A stretch of 64,000 nt of DNA from Balanoglossus misakiensis (lineage: Eukaryota; Animalia; Hemichordata), in NCBI GenBank assembly GCA_040954595.2, contig CM082579.2:3461227-3525226 (forward strand). The letters run 5' to 3'. The notes beneath the pieces are model-generated. The model was not told the origin of the DNA. It did no database searches and saw only the letters and a list, made by a program, of their open reading frames with translations. Positions 23,717 through 37,600 of this stretch are shown one piece after another. The position numbers and the translations under genes were made by a program. Position 1 is the first letter of the stretch, and each line of letters starts with the position of its first letter.

Positions 23717-25425
23717 ATGAGTTCAGAGGAGATCCCAATTTACACACCTTTCTTTGGAGTTCTTGGTGCGACATCGGCCATGGTTTTCAGCGGTAAGTGA
23801 ACCCCCAAAATAAATTCAATTTTCTCCTAAAATCCCGTAGATGTGACCGAAGCCATAGAAAGCCCAACGCCCGATGTACATGACGATCTGAAACACCGAA
23901 AATGGCCCCCGTGTTTCTTCATATTAACAAAATCGTTGAAATTAGGACGTTAATTTTTTATCTGCTGATGAATTTCTTCACGAAAGATGTCAGTATATTT
24001 AACGTGATAGGTGTTGACTGCGAAATTTGATCAGAAATTTTGAGTCACAATTTTACAGTGCCTATTCGCCCGCATGTATGTAATATTGGAAAGAGGCATG
24101 TAATTTCATTTAATTAGCGTTTTTGTTAGCTCGACTCAAAATCTTATAGTATATGTACTGCTAAAAGAAGAAATGTCACGATATATCGTCATTTGGATTT
24201 ATTTTAGCCCTTGGTGCCGCCTATGGAACGGCGAAGAGTGGAACTGGTATTGCAGCCATGAGTGTGATGAGGCCCGAATTGATCATGAAATCCATTATTC
24301 CAGTGGTTATGGCTGGTATCGTCGCTATTTATGGATTAGTTGTCGCTTTGCTAATCTCAAACGGGTTAAGTCCAGAGGGCTACACGTTATTCAAGTGAGT
24401 ATGAAAATGTCCGAGTTAGAAAGATACATAACTAGTGCATGAAGTGATGTCTCTGACCTTTGCACATTTGAAGGCCAAGCTTAGTACCTCATGTGACCAC
24501 TGACAAATCATGAGGTGTACGTGTAGATATTGTAAGAGGTGATAAAAATGGGACTGTCTGTTCATTTAGCCATCACAAAATCAAATTATCAAATATAAAT
24601 AAAATATTTTTTTTTGCCGAATATACAGTGATGTATGGTAAATGTAACTTTCATCCATGCCAGCAAGAGCCCTGTTTAAATGACCCTTTACCCGCCATAG
24701 TCCTTCATTGATAGAAACACGGCTTGAAATGGGTATAATCAGTGGGGGGTCTTTTTACCTGGCTTAGTGTCCTTGACAGAAACGCTGCTTGAAATAGGTA
24801 TAATAATGTTTCAATGTGTGTCTCTGGGAAGGATTGACCATGACTTCAGAGTGTGCTAACAACGAAAAGAAATCAGGAACAGTAAATTTATAATTGTTAT
24901 ATCGGGTAAAATCAATAGTATTAGAGAGGGTCATTAGAATATGGGTTTGATTAAATCATAGGGGCTCATAATGGACTCCCTGTTTGTTGCAGGTCATCTA
25001 CAATAGACAAAGCATGTTGTCAATTCTCCTTAGACTGGACGTTGTAAATTCAGCATAGGGAACTGTACCTGCACAATTTTAACTTGTATCATACTGCTTT
25101 TGTCAAGCTTTTGGAGTTCCACAAATTTTGGAGCATGATGGTGAATCAGCATTGAGTACCACTATCTTTTGGCAGAAACATAACCAGCGCACCATGTTCT
25201 CTTTTTTATCCATTTTGCAGGAGTTTTGTTGACATGGGTGCTGGTCTGAGTGTCGGTCTCAGTGGTTTAGCCGCTGGTTTTGCAATTGGAATCGTGGGTG
25301 ACGCAGGTGTCCGTGGAACAGCTCAACAGCCCCGTCTCTTCGTGGGTATGATTTTGATTCTCATCTTTGCAGAAGTATTGGGTCTGTACGGACTTATAGT
25401 CGCTCTGCTTCTCACCACCAAGTAA
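23717..25425 (+). CDS. ATP6V0C: V-type proton ATPase 16 kDa proteolipid subunit c
   Basis: Exons 23717-23792, 24208-24394, 25221-25425: [66 protein letters not shown]...[57 protein letters not shown]. Confidence 0.98.
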
Positions 25426-28400
25426 ATCACCGAAGACCAATGTGACTGTTTATAATTTCAAAAAGTAAAAAAAAAACCAAGACAATTAGAAGAAACAAAT
25501 CATGTATTGTGAGATAGCTGTACAGAGTTGAGACGTTCCATAGTCAACATTTTCCAAAAGGTATCGCAACCAAATCCCTTTGTATGCCCCTGTGATGTTT
25601 CCATGATGAATTTTTTTCCGTGTCTGTTTCCCATTTTTTCACGTCTTTTTTTTGAATGAGGATTTATGAGAAATTACAAAAAAAGTAATTGTAAAACATC
25701 TCAGCCACGATAAGATGGATAGGAATTAGCCTGTAAAAAATTACCATGGGTTTAGCTAGGTGATCAGAGTTTTTTGGATGTTGGAACTTTCGCATGCACA
25801 TTTTCCGTAAAAAATCATCGCTTTGAAGAAGACCGGTCCATGCTGTTTCAGCCTGTTTGTGTATTTTAGTGTAATAACCATTTGGTTTAGTTACACATGT
25901 ATGTACCATCATATCTCTATATTAGTCTATGTTTAGACAATGACTACCATCTGTGTGAAAAAAGAGTGATACACAGTGAATGGGGGTTGAGGCATTTCTC
26001 ACAAAGACTACAGAATGACCTCTGAAGCAGTCACTTTCTCTGTTTTACACTTTTTTTGTAATTATCAGTCAGTCTGCTTGGCAAGAAGTGATTATTACCA
26101 AAAAGGTGGAGGGGTCTTAGGTTGCTGAAATCAGCATTGGCATAATAAAACAAAAATAGAATTGAATTTTCGATATTTTCGTATGGTATCCAATCTGATT
26201 CGTTCCGATCTGATTCGTAAGTTTTCAGTGTGATTTCAAATCATCCACGTAATGTCATTGACTTCCATTATTTATTGAAGAAGGAAAAAATGAGACTGGA
26301 AAGAGTGCATCAATTATCTGGAAAACCCTGTGTTTAGATATTGTACGTGTATATATAATGGATGTTACATAGTAGTTGCCATTTAGCAGATGAAATATAT
26401 TTTAGACTTGACACTTTTTTCGTTAAAAGTCTGTGTTATGGAAATGATCCGTGAGGAACTAATGTATTAGGGCAATACAGAGTGTTGCATGTCAGTATGT
26501 GTACTTCAACTGTGTAAAAAATAAAGGAGATTAAAAGATACATTCTCTCCATGATCAATCTGTGTAAACTGGTTCTCTTTCTTCGGATTTCGTCATGCTG
26601 ATGGTATTTGGGAACATTTTATCATGGCAGTGCCAGACCTCGCTAGAAGGAAATGTGGGTGATAGAGGTGAATGCTTGTTGCCAGCTGCACATTGAGTAT
26701 CTCTGCTGTATATCTAGACATCTTATCAATATATCATTGATTACACAAGGCATCTTCAGTGTTGTGAATCTAAAGGGCTTTATTTTTATGCCACTTTAAA
26801 TCGTCTGTCCTTATTTTGTCAAGACCCACTCCTGCCGCAGAAGTCAAGAAACGAAGATCCGAAAATCTTGCATTCGTGCACTTTGTCACAGTGATGCCAT
26901 TACATAAGATTATCTGCAGAATATAACTGTCATGAAAATTGCAGCTTTTTGTTGCAGCACCACAATCATTTGCAAATGATTTACTGCTGGTATGTTTATA
27001 CAGAGGAGTAATTTATACCAGTAATAAGATGTTAATACTAAATTGGAAGAGACACATTAAGTATTAACTTAAAGTAGGATAAAATAGGTTGCCCCATGGT
27101 TGTAGCCTCTCACCTTTGCATAGCTTTGCAGATAACTGTTAGTGTGGTGTATTATTGAGAATGCATTCTGATTTGATTATTCATTGTATCAGCCAGTTAC
27201 TATTCTGTACATCTGATTTGCTTTTGTTTTCATTTCTGATATTGTTCATTCATTCAGGAAAGATTTCATGAGTGGACATGGTTTTAGCCTTTTGCATTTG
27301 TGCTTGTAATGGTACCACCATCTAATTAAAATTGTAAATGAGCCAACGGTTCATTTATTATACTCTTTATCACTTGGCATTATCTCCACTGTCGGCAGAC
27401 AGGGGTTAATGGTACTAGGTCAGCATCTGTAGACAAGACGCAACTGCTTTATTTTTTGAGTGCATTTGCGAGAAAAAAAACATGGTTACATTTACATTTA
27501 TGAAGAACAAGTTGGGTTTGAACGCGTGGAGGTTCGCATACAAGCAACAGGGAAAGTCAATTATCCAAAAGGTCAAAATCGGGACATGTTGACCCCATTG
27601 CCTGTTATGGAAACCAGACCAGTTATTTCCAAATTCTACCTGGCAAGTTTTTGATGGGAAAACACGTGATATGGCTGTAGAATGAGTGAGTGACCCTTTC
27701 GTGAGGGTGCAACCCCTGTGGCTGTATTCAAGCCCCAAGATCATCTCCCGTCCATGCCGGCTTGGGGTGAAAGTTCACCATACAAGCCCAGACAGGAATG
27801 AATGGTCTCTCTATAATCATACAATGGACTTGGCTGTTCAAGGGAATCAGTCCATGACGGACAAAGGCACTGCATTATGTGTGTGCATTTTATTCATTGA
27901 CCTTAAATAATATTTTTAAAATCTTGTTACAGTTCTGGTTATTTTATTGGGCTTTGACATAAAGTGGAATTTCTATATTATGATATAAATATGAAGACAT
28001 ACTACAACATGAGAATATTAGCACGTTTGCAGAAGAAATGGAGCATGAAGTACTATACAAATGAACTGTGCGAAGCTGAAATAATCTGCTTGTTTTATCC
28101 ATGTATTTTTAGAACTGAACATAAAATATTAGAATAAAAAATACATGCTATTTTGATTACCATAATCCAATTACACTGATGAAAAATATCAAAGGGTTAT
28201 TTCTTATATATTTGATAGCTACTAGTATGTGATATTGTGCAAACAAAACATACATGGGATATTAAGCATGAAATATTTACATCCACAGTTCTTCCATCAC
28301 AGGTTGTTATGGCAACACAGAAAGAGGGTTAATGATAAAATCACACAAAGCCAGCCAGGCAGCGACATCAATTGTTCATGTTTCCGCAGTTGGAGCTCCA

Positions 28401-29840
28401 GTATATATGACACAGAGCAAGCATAAATACTGAGCAGTTCATTGACTGCTGTGACTCAATGGCACACATGCTGAATACTGTGTAGTATTGTTAGTCTAGT
28501 GTGTTTAAAAATGACATCATCAGAATAAGACCAGTGCTATTGATATCTTTCTCAATTTCTCTCTGTTCTGTATACCGTAGTTTCTATGTAGTGCAGATTT
28601 ACAGCTTAGCCTACTCGACTCAGTATCTTGGCCACAGATCTGTTCCCTATGGGTCAGGTGGAATGACATTCTAACCTTTGACCCAGCACGGAATAACCAG
28701 CAAGCTGTGGGTCGACAGACAAGGGTTCACATGATAGTGAGTCACAGTTAATCCATGTTTTGCATTAGAATGAATTCATTGATACACAATTTAAATTAAT
28801 TTCTTATTGTCGTGATCCGTGCATCATGGTAATGTTGCTGGTATTTGCCACAAGTGTGACAGTGTAGACAAGTATATTGGTATATGAATATGCAAGTGTA
28901 ATCATTGGTGTGACTGAAATTGCTGTGGGTCTCTACAAAAATGAATATGTACACGGAAAGTAGATATGTTTTGTAACAGGTGGACAAGAAAAACAAACAG
29001 CCAGCCAGAGCCATAAACTCGACAAATTATTTTTAACAGGTTATCCAGGTACCTTATCGCACACAGAATTCAGTCGGGAATTTTGACCAGTGTTTGGCTG
29101 TGATTCATTGAATAGCTGACAAGATTTTTCGAGAATTATGAAAGTCATCTATTCCCATATAAAACCAGACTGGATTTATATCTCCTAATTTTTAATTGTA
29201 GGCTAACTGACCCTTTTGCCCATATCAATTCCCTAATGGGTCAGACCATGGCACCGGTAATACCGGGATTAAACCAAAGTCCACACATCAATGAGAGGGT
29301 TAAAGCACTGTTAATGACGGCTCCCTCTGTACACATTCCAACCTTTCATAGCCTTTCCTATGTACAGAGAAAAAACAACAAAAGACTCTGAAAGTACATG
29401 ATTACTTTAATTTTATTCCACATATATTTTCATGGTGCTGTTTTATAAGAAAGTGACAATAACCATACTACATGAGATTCCCAATTGCCATGGACAATGG
29501 TAATAAATAAATGGGCAGCTTCTGTAAAAGAGACATCTTTGCAAGTTGTGTTGTTCTTTTTCCATTTTCTATTCACTGTTTAGTTAATATATCGTGCATT
29601 TGTAGCAGTTAACATTATATTTTCTCCAGAACCATTCTACAACTAACACACTGGTCAACACCGGACATCTCTAACACTTGGATCCATGAAGCACCTCAGA
29701 GATGAACCATTTGAACCTTTCCACTCCTTCCAACCCTAACCTCCTTTTTTAGCATTTTGGAATGGTCCAAATTGATTTTTGATCATTGGGTCTGTCCATT
29801 TCTACCTAGGGGGAAACATATCTTGGGCACACAGTGTCAC

Positions 29841-32800
29841 TCAGTGTTTGCTGAGTGCCTTTGACATTAAGTCAGTCAGTCTGTTTAACATTGCCCTTGG
29901 GTCTTCCATCAGGCCAGCAGCAATCATGGCGTTGTCATAGACCTACAAGTGGAAAGAAAGAATGTTTGGATTATCAAACATGAATGGCGCTGTACACAAG
30001 TACAAGTGCATTTCTTCAAAGGGTTTTGAATCATGTGTCGCACAAGATAAGCTAACCCCAAGACAGCCATTTGGTGGTCAGAGAAAAAGCACAGCAAACT
30101 AACCTGTTCAGCGACCAGTCTTGCCAACATAGGATCACTTGTTTTCAGCTCAAAAAGCTTAGTGATGATTGGGTGACTGCGAGAGAAGAAAATGTGGCGG
30201 AGATTAGATCAATGGATATTACTGGTCTTGCGAACAAAATGATCGACTTCTTCAACATACGATGGAAACTGAGTGGGTCTCTTACAGAGGGAAACTCTTA
30301 CTTCCAAGAAAATATCCCTACCTTGTGTTGATCTCCAATGTTGGTTGTAAGATTTGCAACTTTTCATCTTCAGAACGACCTTTCAGGGCACCTTTCAGGA
30401 AGTGTCTGGCGGCTCCCATCTCTATGACAGTAATCATGGCTGGATGGTTGTCAAGTCTTTTACTGACCTGCGAGAAAAAAATTGTGGCATTGGTAGTAGT
30501 AAGATACATCTCCCCACACCTCTTCACAAACAACAGCAGACATAAAGTTGCCCCTAGAAAACAACTTACCTTAATCTGTGCTACTTTATTGCCCAGTGCT
30601 GACTTCAAGTATTCTGTCAGCGAATCTGTCTCTATCACAGAAAGTTTGCCTTCTCCTGGAAAGAAGTATAAAAAAACCCCACACTTATTGAGTGTCACAG
30701 TGTGTGTGTGTGGAGGAGATATCACCACTAATATGGATATGGCAAGTTACGATGGCAGGTATGAAACGGTATCCTCTTGTGATGGACAACCTCTCAATAA
30801 ACAGTTCCCCCTTGAGGTCACAGTGAAACTAACCTTCCACGGCTTCTGTGCTGGTCTCTTTGTCGGAAGTCGCCATGATTTCATTTTCCACAGAAGTCAC
30901 AATCTTTTTTTCGAATTCTCTCAGCTGCAGCAGGGACAACTCATCATACTCGTCATAACAGAAGAGAACTTCGTAGTTTTTATTCTTGGCTGCTTCAAAG
31001 TAGGGTGAGCTTTCGGCCAACTGCCGGCTGAGAAGAACACAAAGCCATCAGTGTATTAGTTAAGGATGTTTTGTACCCTCTAGGACGGCCTGGTGTCACA
31101 CCACTGTTTTATGACAATACATCAATCTAATCCTACCTTGGTGAGCACAGATAGTAGATGTTTCTCTGTCCAGCTTCCATTCTATTGATGTAATCCAGGA
31201 GACCCACTTTGTGGCCAGCAGGCTGGGTGGACGATTCATAGCGCAGCAACTTGGCAATCTCTTCCTGTGTGCAAATTTGTATCAGGACAAATCAATCATC
31301 TCAACACATCTCAACGTTTTCATGATGCTAAAGGTGAAGATGACCAAAAGCATTATTGGAAATGTTTTTTTCACACCCACCTTTTCCGACTGCTCTGCTG
31401 ACGTCACAATTCCTTCACGGAAGAACAGACCGTAGTCAGTGATGAATTTGTCGTACTTCACACGATCTTTCTTGGCTTGGTCTTGTAGAAATTTGACGAT
31501 TTTTCCGGTCACCACGTATCTCAACTTCCTACAAGAGACAATTCAATCATGGGTAACTCATTCAGTGTATGGTCACTGGCAACAACACCGATGCACATCA
31601 ATCACAAAACTCAACTGCACAGCAGTCTCAAAAATTACCTAATGAGGGCGCTGTCTTGCAACAATTCTCTGCTTAGATTGAGTGGGATGTCTTCACTGTC
31701 CACAATACCTGAGAAGAAATTCAGTTTGAATGTCACTGTGTTTGTTATACTGCCAATTATCAATTACATCAATGCTAAAGCTGACATCATAGAACACATG
31801 GGTTTCAAGATGCAAAGGGTCACACTCTGTTCTGGTTCAACTACATGTAGATACCTACCTCGGATGAATCTCAACCATCTTGGTAACAATGTATCTGCAT
31901 GTGTCTGAATGAGGACTTTCCGGCTGTACAGGGAAACTCGATTTCCCTCATCCTTGGTGAATTCCCACACTGTCGGAGTGTGATCCGGGAAGTAAAAGAG
32001 TGCCCTGATGTTGAGTGGGGCGTCGGCCTTGTACTGCAGCGTGTACCTGGGACTGGCCTGCTCGTTGGCCAGGAAACGGTAGAAGTTTTGGTGTTGTTCT
32101 TCTGTGACGTTTTTGCTGTCTATCATCCACAGCGCCTGTGTGGGAGAGATTTGTTAGAAAGTGTTCTCTGAGAGACAGCGTTTGGTCGACATCTCAAATC
32201 CAATGTTAAAAGTTGCACATCTGGTGCAATGAATCTTGATTACTGGAAATTCTGAAACAATGTACAAGTTTTTTCTACTTACTTGTTCAGTGTTTATTCT
32301 CTTTCCATTCAGATAAATTGGAACACCGACAAAATTACTGTATTTCTTGATGATTTCTGATAAAGAAATGACAATTGCATACAATATTTATTTCTCATGC
32401 ATTTTACACACTTGTTCACATTCTCTCAACAAAGGAAACATTTAAATCAAAATTGGCAACTATGTTCTTGTTTCACAAAATCTCACCTTGAACATCATTT
32501 TCCACAGAATACTTCCAACAGTCTTTTTTCAAATGGACCACAATCTTTGTTCCAGGCTGCACATTCTCTGCTTCAGCAATCTCAAAAGTTCCACTCCTGA
32601 AATAAACAAGCACCACATGATTTATCTGACAGTGTTACGGCCATCTTGAGTACCTGCAATAGCGCCCCCTATTGTTGAAATATTTCTTCTCTGGAGAATG
32701 TCAAAAAGAATAATTTATACCAATAATTACAGGTCCCTCAACCTGTGGAGGGACTGTGTTCAAACTAATGCGGCCGTATCTCTTACCCATCAGACACCCA

Positions 32801-34257
32801 TCTGAACGCTTTGTTGCCAGGTAAATGTGACTGTGAGAAGACTTCTACTTTGTCACCGACCATGAAAGAGGAGTAGAAACCAACACCAAACTGGCCAATG
32901 ATTGAGCTCGTCGAGTCAGCCTGTACGCCCTTCTCTTGTAAATCTTTCAAAAATGCCTGCAAAATTTGAAATATACAACACCACGTTGACTGACTTATAA
33001 CACCTTCTGCTATAACGTGTGTACACAGACTGAATATAGTAGTTTTTACAATGAGTTGGCAACAACTCTACTTTATCATAAGTTGGATTCAATGATAAGT
33101 CATCACATCAATGAATTGTTTAGTCTGTGCAATACTGGACCCCACCATTGCTCACCTTTGACCCTGATCGAGCAATAGTACCAAGATTCTGGATCAGTTC
33201 TTCCTTCGTCATTCCAATACCAGTATCCTGCAAAGTAAACACACAAATATTTGAAATCTTGTAACTGATACAACTTATATACACACAGTTTCCTCTAGGA
33301 TATACACATATAACAAAGCAAACACAGAAAGGTCATGTACCTGAATAATGAAACATCCTGCATCTTGATCTGTTTTGATGTGAATTTCCAGTTGGACGTC
33401 TTTCCGTATGTCAGGGTTGGTAAGCTGTTGATACCTCAACTTTTCAATGGCATCGCTGGCATTGGAGACGATCTCACGGATAAACACTTCTTGTTCGGAA
33501 TACAACGACTTGGCAACAATGTCCAGCAACATTCGCGTTTCAGCTTGGAATTCTAATTTATCAGACGGACCTGTGTGTCAGAAACAACATTTCAATGAGC
33601 AGGTAGTACCTCTGGAGGATGATTGCCCCCATCTCCCATTTCAGGCAAAAAAGATACAAATTAACTTGTATCACTCGGTTACCACCCCCGTGCTATGGTA
33701 ATTAACCCAGTCTTGCGAGATCTCACAATGACAAAAGGCAGTAAATATGTGCAATCCATTTGCCAACCTGAAATATGACAGTTCACTACTATTCTACTTT
33801 TTAGCCTAGTAATTAGTAGTAAGTGTCAAAATCTTACCTTCCACTTTCTCACTATCACCAATGATATTATGGATCTCATCACCCTGTGTCTCCGTCTGCG
33901 TTTGACTGCAGAGTGACCTCGACAGACAATGAGAGTTACATCTCCACCTTGTACTGCCAGTCAAATACGAACCTGAAGTGTGAAATATGCAACAGAATCA
34001 ATCCATTCTACATGTATATACACTGTATACATATAGACACACACACACGGTGACACACACCGTGACACACCCGTAACGCCAGTGATCGCTACCGATCGAG
34101 TTATAAAACCTAGTCAAAACATACCAGGTGATCTGCTTTGTCCGTTGACGAGGACATTCCGAAAATTTCTCGTGCAGACATGAACACCGCGTGAAGTGAG
34201 GTGTGTACACACTGAGTGTGCCTTTCTCGCACATGTTCTCCCGAGTATCGTCGCCAT
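29841..34257 (-). CDS. TRAP1: Mitochondrial HSP90-family chaperone TRAP1 (HSP75)
   Basis: Basic N-terminal presequence [12 protein letters not shown]...; [161 protein letters not shown]; stop TGA at 29843-29841. No C-terminal MEEVD or KDEL. Confidence 0.95.
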
Positions 34258-34613
34258 TTTCAAATTCAGACACCTCAACTTGCTCATCTTTGGGATGAAA
34301 TCATTTATTACATTTATAGTAGCAAAGCATTTCTTTTCTTGCATCTCTCGGTTATCAAAATGTTCCTGGAAAAGTTTTCTAATGATTTATGTGTTAAGAT
34401 ACAAATGCGAAAAGGGAATTGTTTGGTAAAAGATGGTGTTTCCTTGAGCCTTCACTGAGTTAAATTTCGTACTAAGTTAAGCGGTCTTAATCAGTTTTGC
34501 TGAGAACTATGGGACACAAAATGGCCCGAATCAGTTGACGATTTTGGTGTACGTGTGAAACTATCATTTTGATACAAAAAGTGTATATCGCATAATATCT
34601 ATGGACATTCAAT
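34258..34613. promoter_or_regulatory. Bidirectional promoter TRAP1/SLC30A9
   Basis: Divergent start codons at 34257 (-) and 34614 (+), 356 bp apart. Confidence 0.6.
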
Positions 34614-37600
34614 ATGCTTTACCGTCTATCTACACAAGGGCGCTTGTTCCAAAGGAACCTGTTTAACATTTTGTCCAAAGTGTCACCAACGAAGAGTGTG
34701 CAATCTTCCTGTTTATCATTGCAGCAGTCGACAAAAGGTAAAACCATTATTATTGACATAAACCCTCACAGTAATATTTTTTATGTAATGCAGGATTTTA
34801 CAGAATAATACTGCACGGAATACTAGGTGGTTTATGCCTCGCCTTGTTCCCTTTTTGGTAGCCTAAAACAGCTTTACTACAAAACCTGGTTTACTATTAT
34901 GCTGTGCCCCACTGCCAGTGGACATTGCATTATCTTCTGCTCACAGCATTTGCATAATCACAGTGAAAATCATGTGATGACAAGATTCATTTTCAATACA
35001 CAGGCAGAAATGTATTCAGATGACATTTGTATTATGCTTTTGTTCTAATTCAATGCGTCTAAAGTGATCAAATGCCATAAGCACAAACTATTATATATTT
35101 TTATGAAATATTTTTTTTATAAAATGTCAGTGGTGAAGAAATTTGGCTGAAGTGCTGGTTTTATATATTATTATTGTTATTAGTGCTGCTGCTATTATTA
35201 TTCCTACACTATATCACTATTTGTGTACTTTCAATACAGAATCAAAACTACTGCAAATTGCAATGTGTATGAATGTATGAATGAAAAAAGGAAAACTTCA
35301 CTTGGGGGTTTCAGGATTCAAGATCTTATTTTATGTTTCAGTTTGTAGAAGACATCACCATGTTCTTTCAAGAGACTGGTACCTTTTTCACTGCAACAAC
35401 TCCAAACACAGCTGCTGTTGCAACCTTCCAAGGACCTCAAACCAATACTCGGTCAGGTATTTAAGAAGCAGTGGTCGAAATGGCAAAGAGACGTCCAGTG
35501 GCAGTGGTGACAAGAAACAAGACAAGGCAGCAGAGGAAGGAACAAGCGAACCTTCAAGTGAAGATGCAATTATCAAAGGTAAGGCTCTGTTTGAAAATAC
35601 TGCATATGTGACACATGGATGGATAAATGGATGGACTATGCCAAGGGAAAGTATTGAAAAGTTTCTACTACCCGGTAATGATGTGCCTATTACTTTTTGC
35701 AGTAAAACCGGGCATCAGAAGGAGAAAGAGGATAGACTACAGCAAGCAGTACACCGATAATAATACCATCACTGCCACCAGAGCTATGAAGGAATATTTA
35801 CTCAAGTCAAGGTAAAAATAAGAATCATTTGTGTGTGTTTGTGGTGGAAAGAAGAAGGGGGAGAGGGGAGTGAGATGGAAAAGAAGGGTAAGGGGCAGAC
35901 TCATGGCCCAAGATCAGATTCCAGGAGGTCAAATGTTGCCTCAATTATAGGATTCGAATTATTCATTAAACAATTTTTTTTGTGTCGGTAGTGACCTGGA
36001 AGGAATCAGGACGACAAGGAGGAGAAGTGCCTATGATGAAGCTAAAGATGAGACTGGAATGATGGTTTATTTAAGATTAGACGTGGAAGCCAGGTATTTG
36101 GGTTTTGTTGTTTACAATCAAGGTGGAAAATATGCCAATATTATTATTATGGTAAAGAAAATTTCATTGAATCTTGCAAGGTCTTTAGAGGAAAGCATCT
36201 ATCTTGCAAATACCTGAGGAATACCATCAAAATGGGAGCAGAGTGTCATTGATGCTATTTTCCCCCCACCAGGGCCATGGAAGTATGGGGAAGCAAAGAG
36301 GCGATGGACAGAGAGAGGAAGAAGAGACAAAAGCAACTGGAGATTTACAAAGAACGTGAGAAACGTCTACTGAATCTTCAAGACTGATTCATAACATGCT
36401 TTCTTTTCCTTGTGTGTGTCACGTGCGGGACCATCATGACATTTGAATGTTGATAGAACTGTATTGGAATCTCTTCAGTTAAGTTTTAAGCAGAAACAGA
36501 TATATATATTCTGTTGCAGTGGGAAAAGAAAACATTCTACCAGCTGAATGAATTGCTATTTACCAGTGTATGTTCTCTCCTGTCTTTCACAGATGTGTTT
36601 TTACTGAAGAAAGCCATGAAGGAACACCAGCAGTTCTACGGCACTAGTCAGGTAGAAGTTCCTTATCTCTTTGGTTCAACTTCTGGCATTAAAGAATTAC
36701 TGCGAAAGGTATTATCAGCATGATGTTCCCTTGCTGTCTCCATTGCTGCGTCGGCAATCTTTGCTGCTTTGCTCTGCTCTATGCAAGTTGGGGCCAACAA
36801 TAACAGCATGTTAGCTCTCTACTTGTTTCTTAAATATTCTCTGTCTAAATCTCCAATTGTTAAGAAAAAAGTTTGACATTTGTGCATGTGATTTGACATG
36901 AAGATGATTAAGTGCATGAACTAGAGGAAAGAAAATAGTGAAACACTGTGTAGATTAGTATGGACTAACAACATTTCATAGCTGATATTGAGTGAGCACC
37001 ATCCAATATCTGATGTGTCTCTTACATCTTACAGCCCAGAGGCAGTATGTTTCAAGGTTCAGGAAGAGTTGTACTCACAGCTATTGCCATGTAAGTCTAT
37101 CTCTTTTAGTTATACTTTCAAGATGTGTGGATTTCTATGCCCTTCTTGTCTTTTATGGGAACTATTGAGTCATCTGATGGTTGGCTCAAACCATTACTCC
37201 TTATCAGTACAATACGAAATCATTTATGTTTGTTGCAGAAATGGCCTCAACTTCATATTTAAGCTTGGAGCTTGGCTTTACTCAGGATCAGCCAGTATGT
37301 TTTCCGAGGCAATACATTCCCTGGCAGACACCTGCAATCAGATTATCCTAGCCTTTGGAATTTACCACTCTATCAGGAAACCCTCACCCGACCATCCGTG
37401 AGTATCCATGTTTTTCCGGCATTCCGTTCTGAATGATATTTCCTGTGGTGTTAATACCGGGACTGAAGTTAGTCTGGTCCTCACGAAACAAAAACTGACA
37501 ACTGTTAGACGGTGAATGACCAAGGATGCACGCATACACATCTACAACATCTTAAATACATCATTGAGTTCTGTTGACATCTCTTTCCTTTTTTTGTCTC

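Noticed and set aside
27390-29305. GGGTTAA ends suggestive of piggyBac-like MITEs
   Set aside because: Could not pair convincing TIRs or TTAA TSDs.
30262-31008. 248-aa plus-strand ORF
   Set aside because: Antisense to TRAP1 exons and introns; no recognisable domain.
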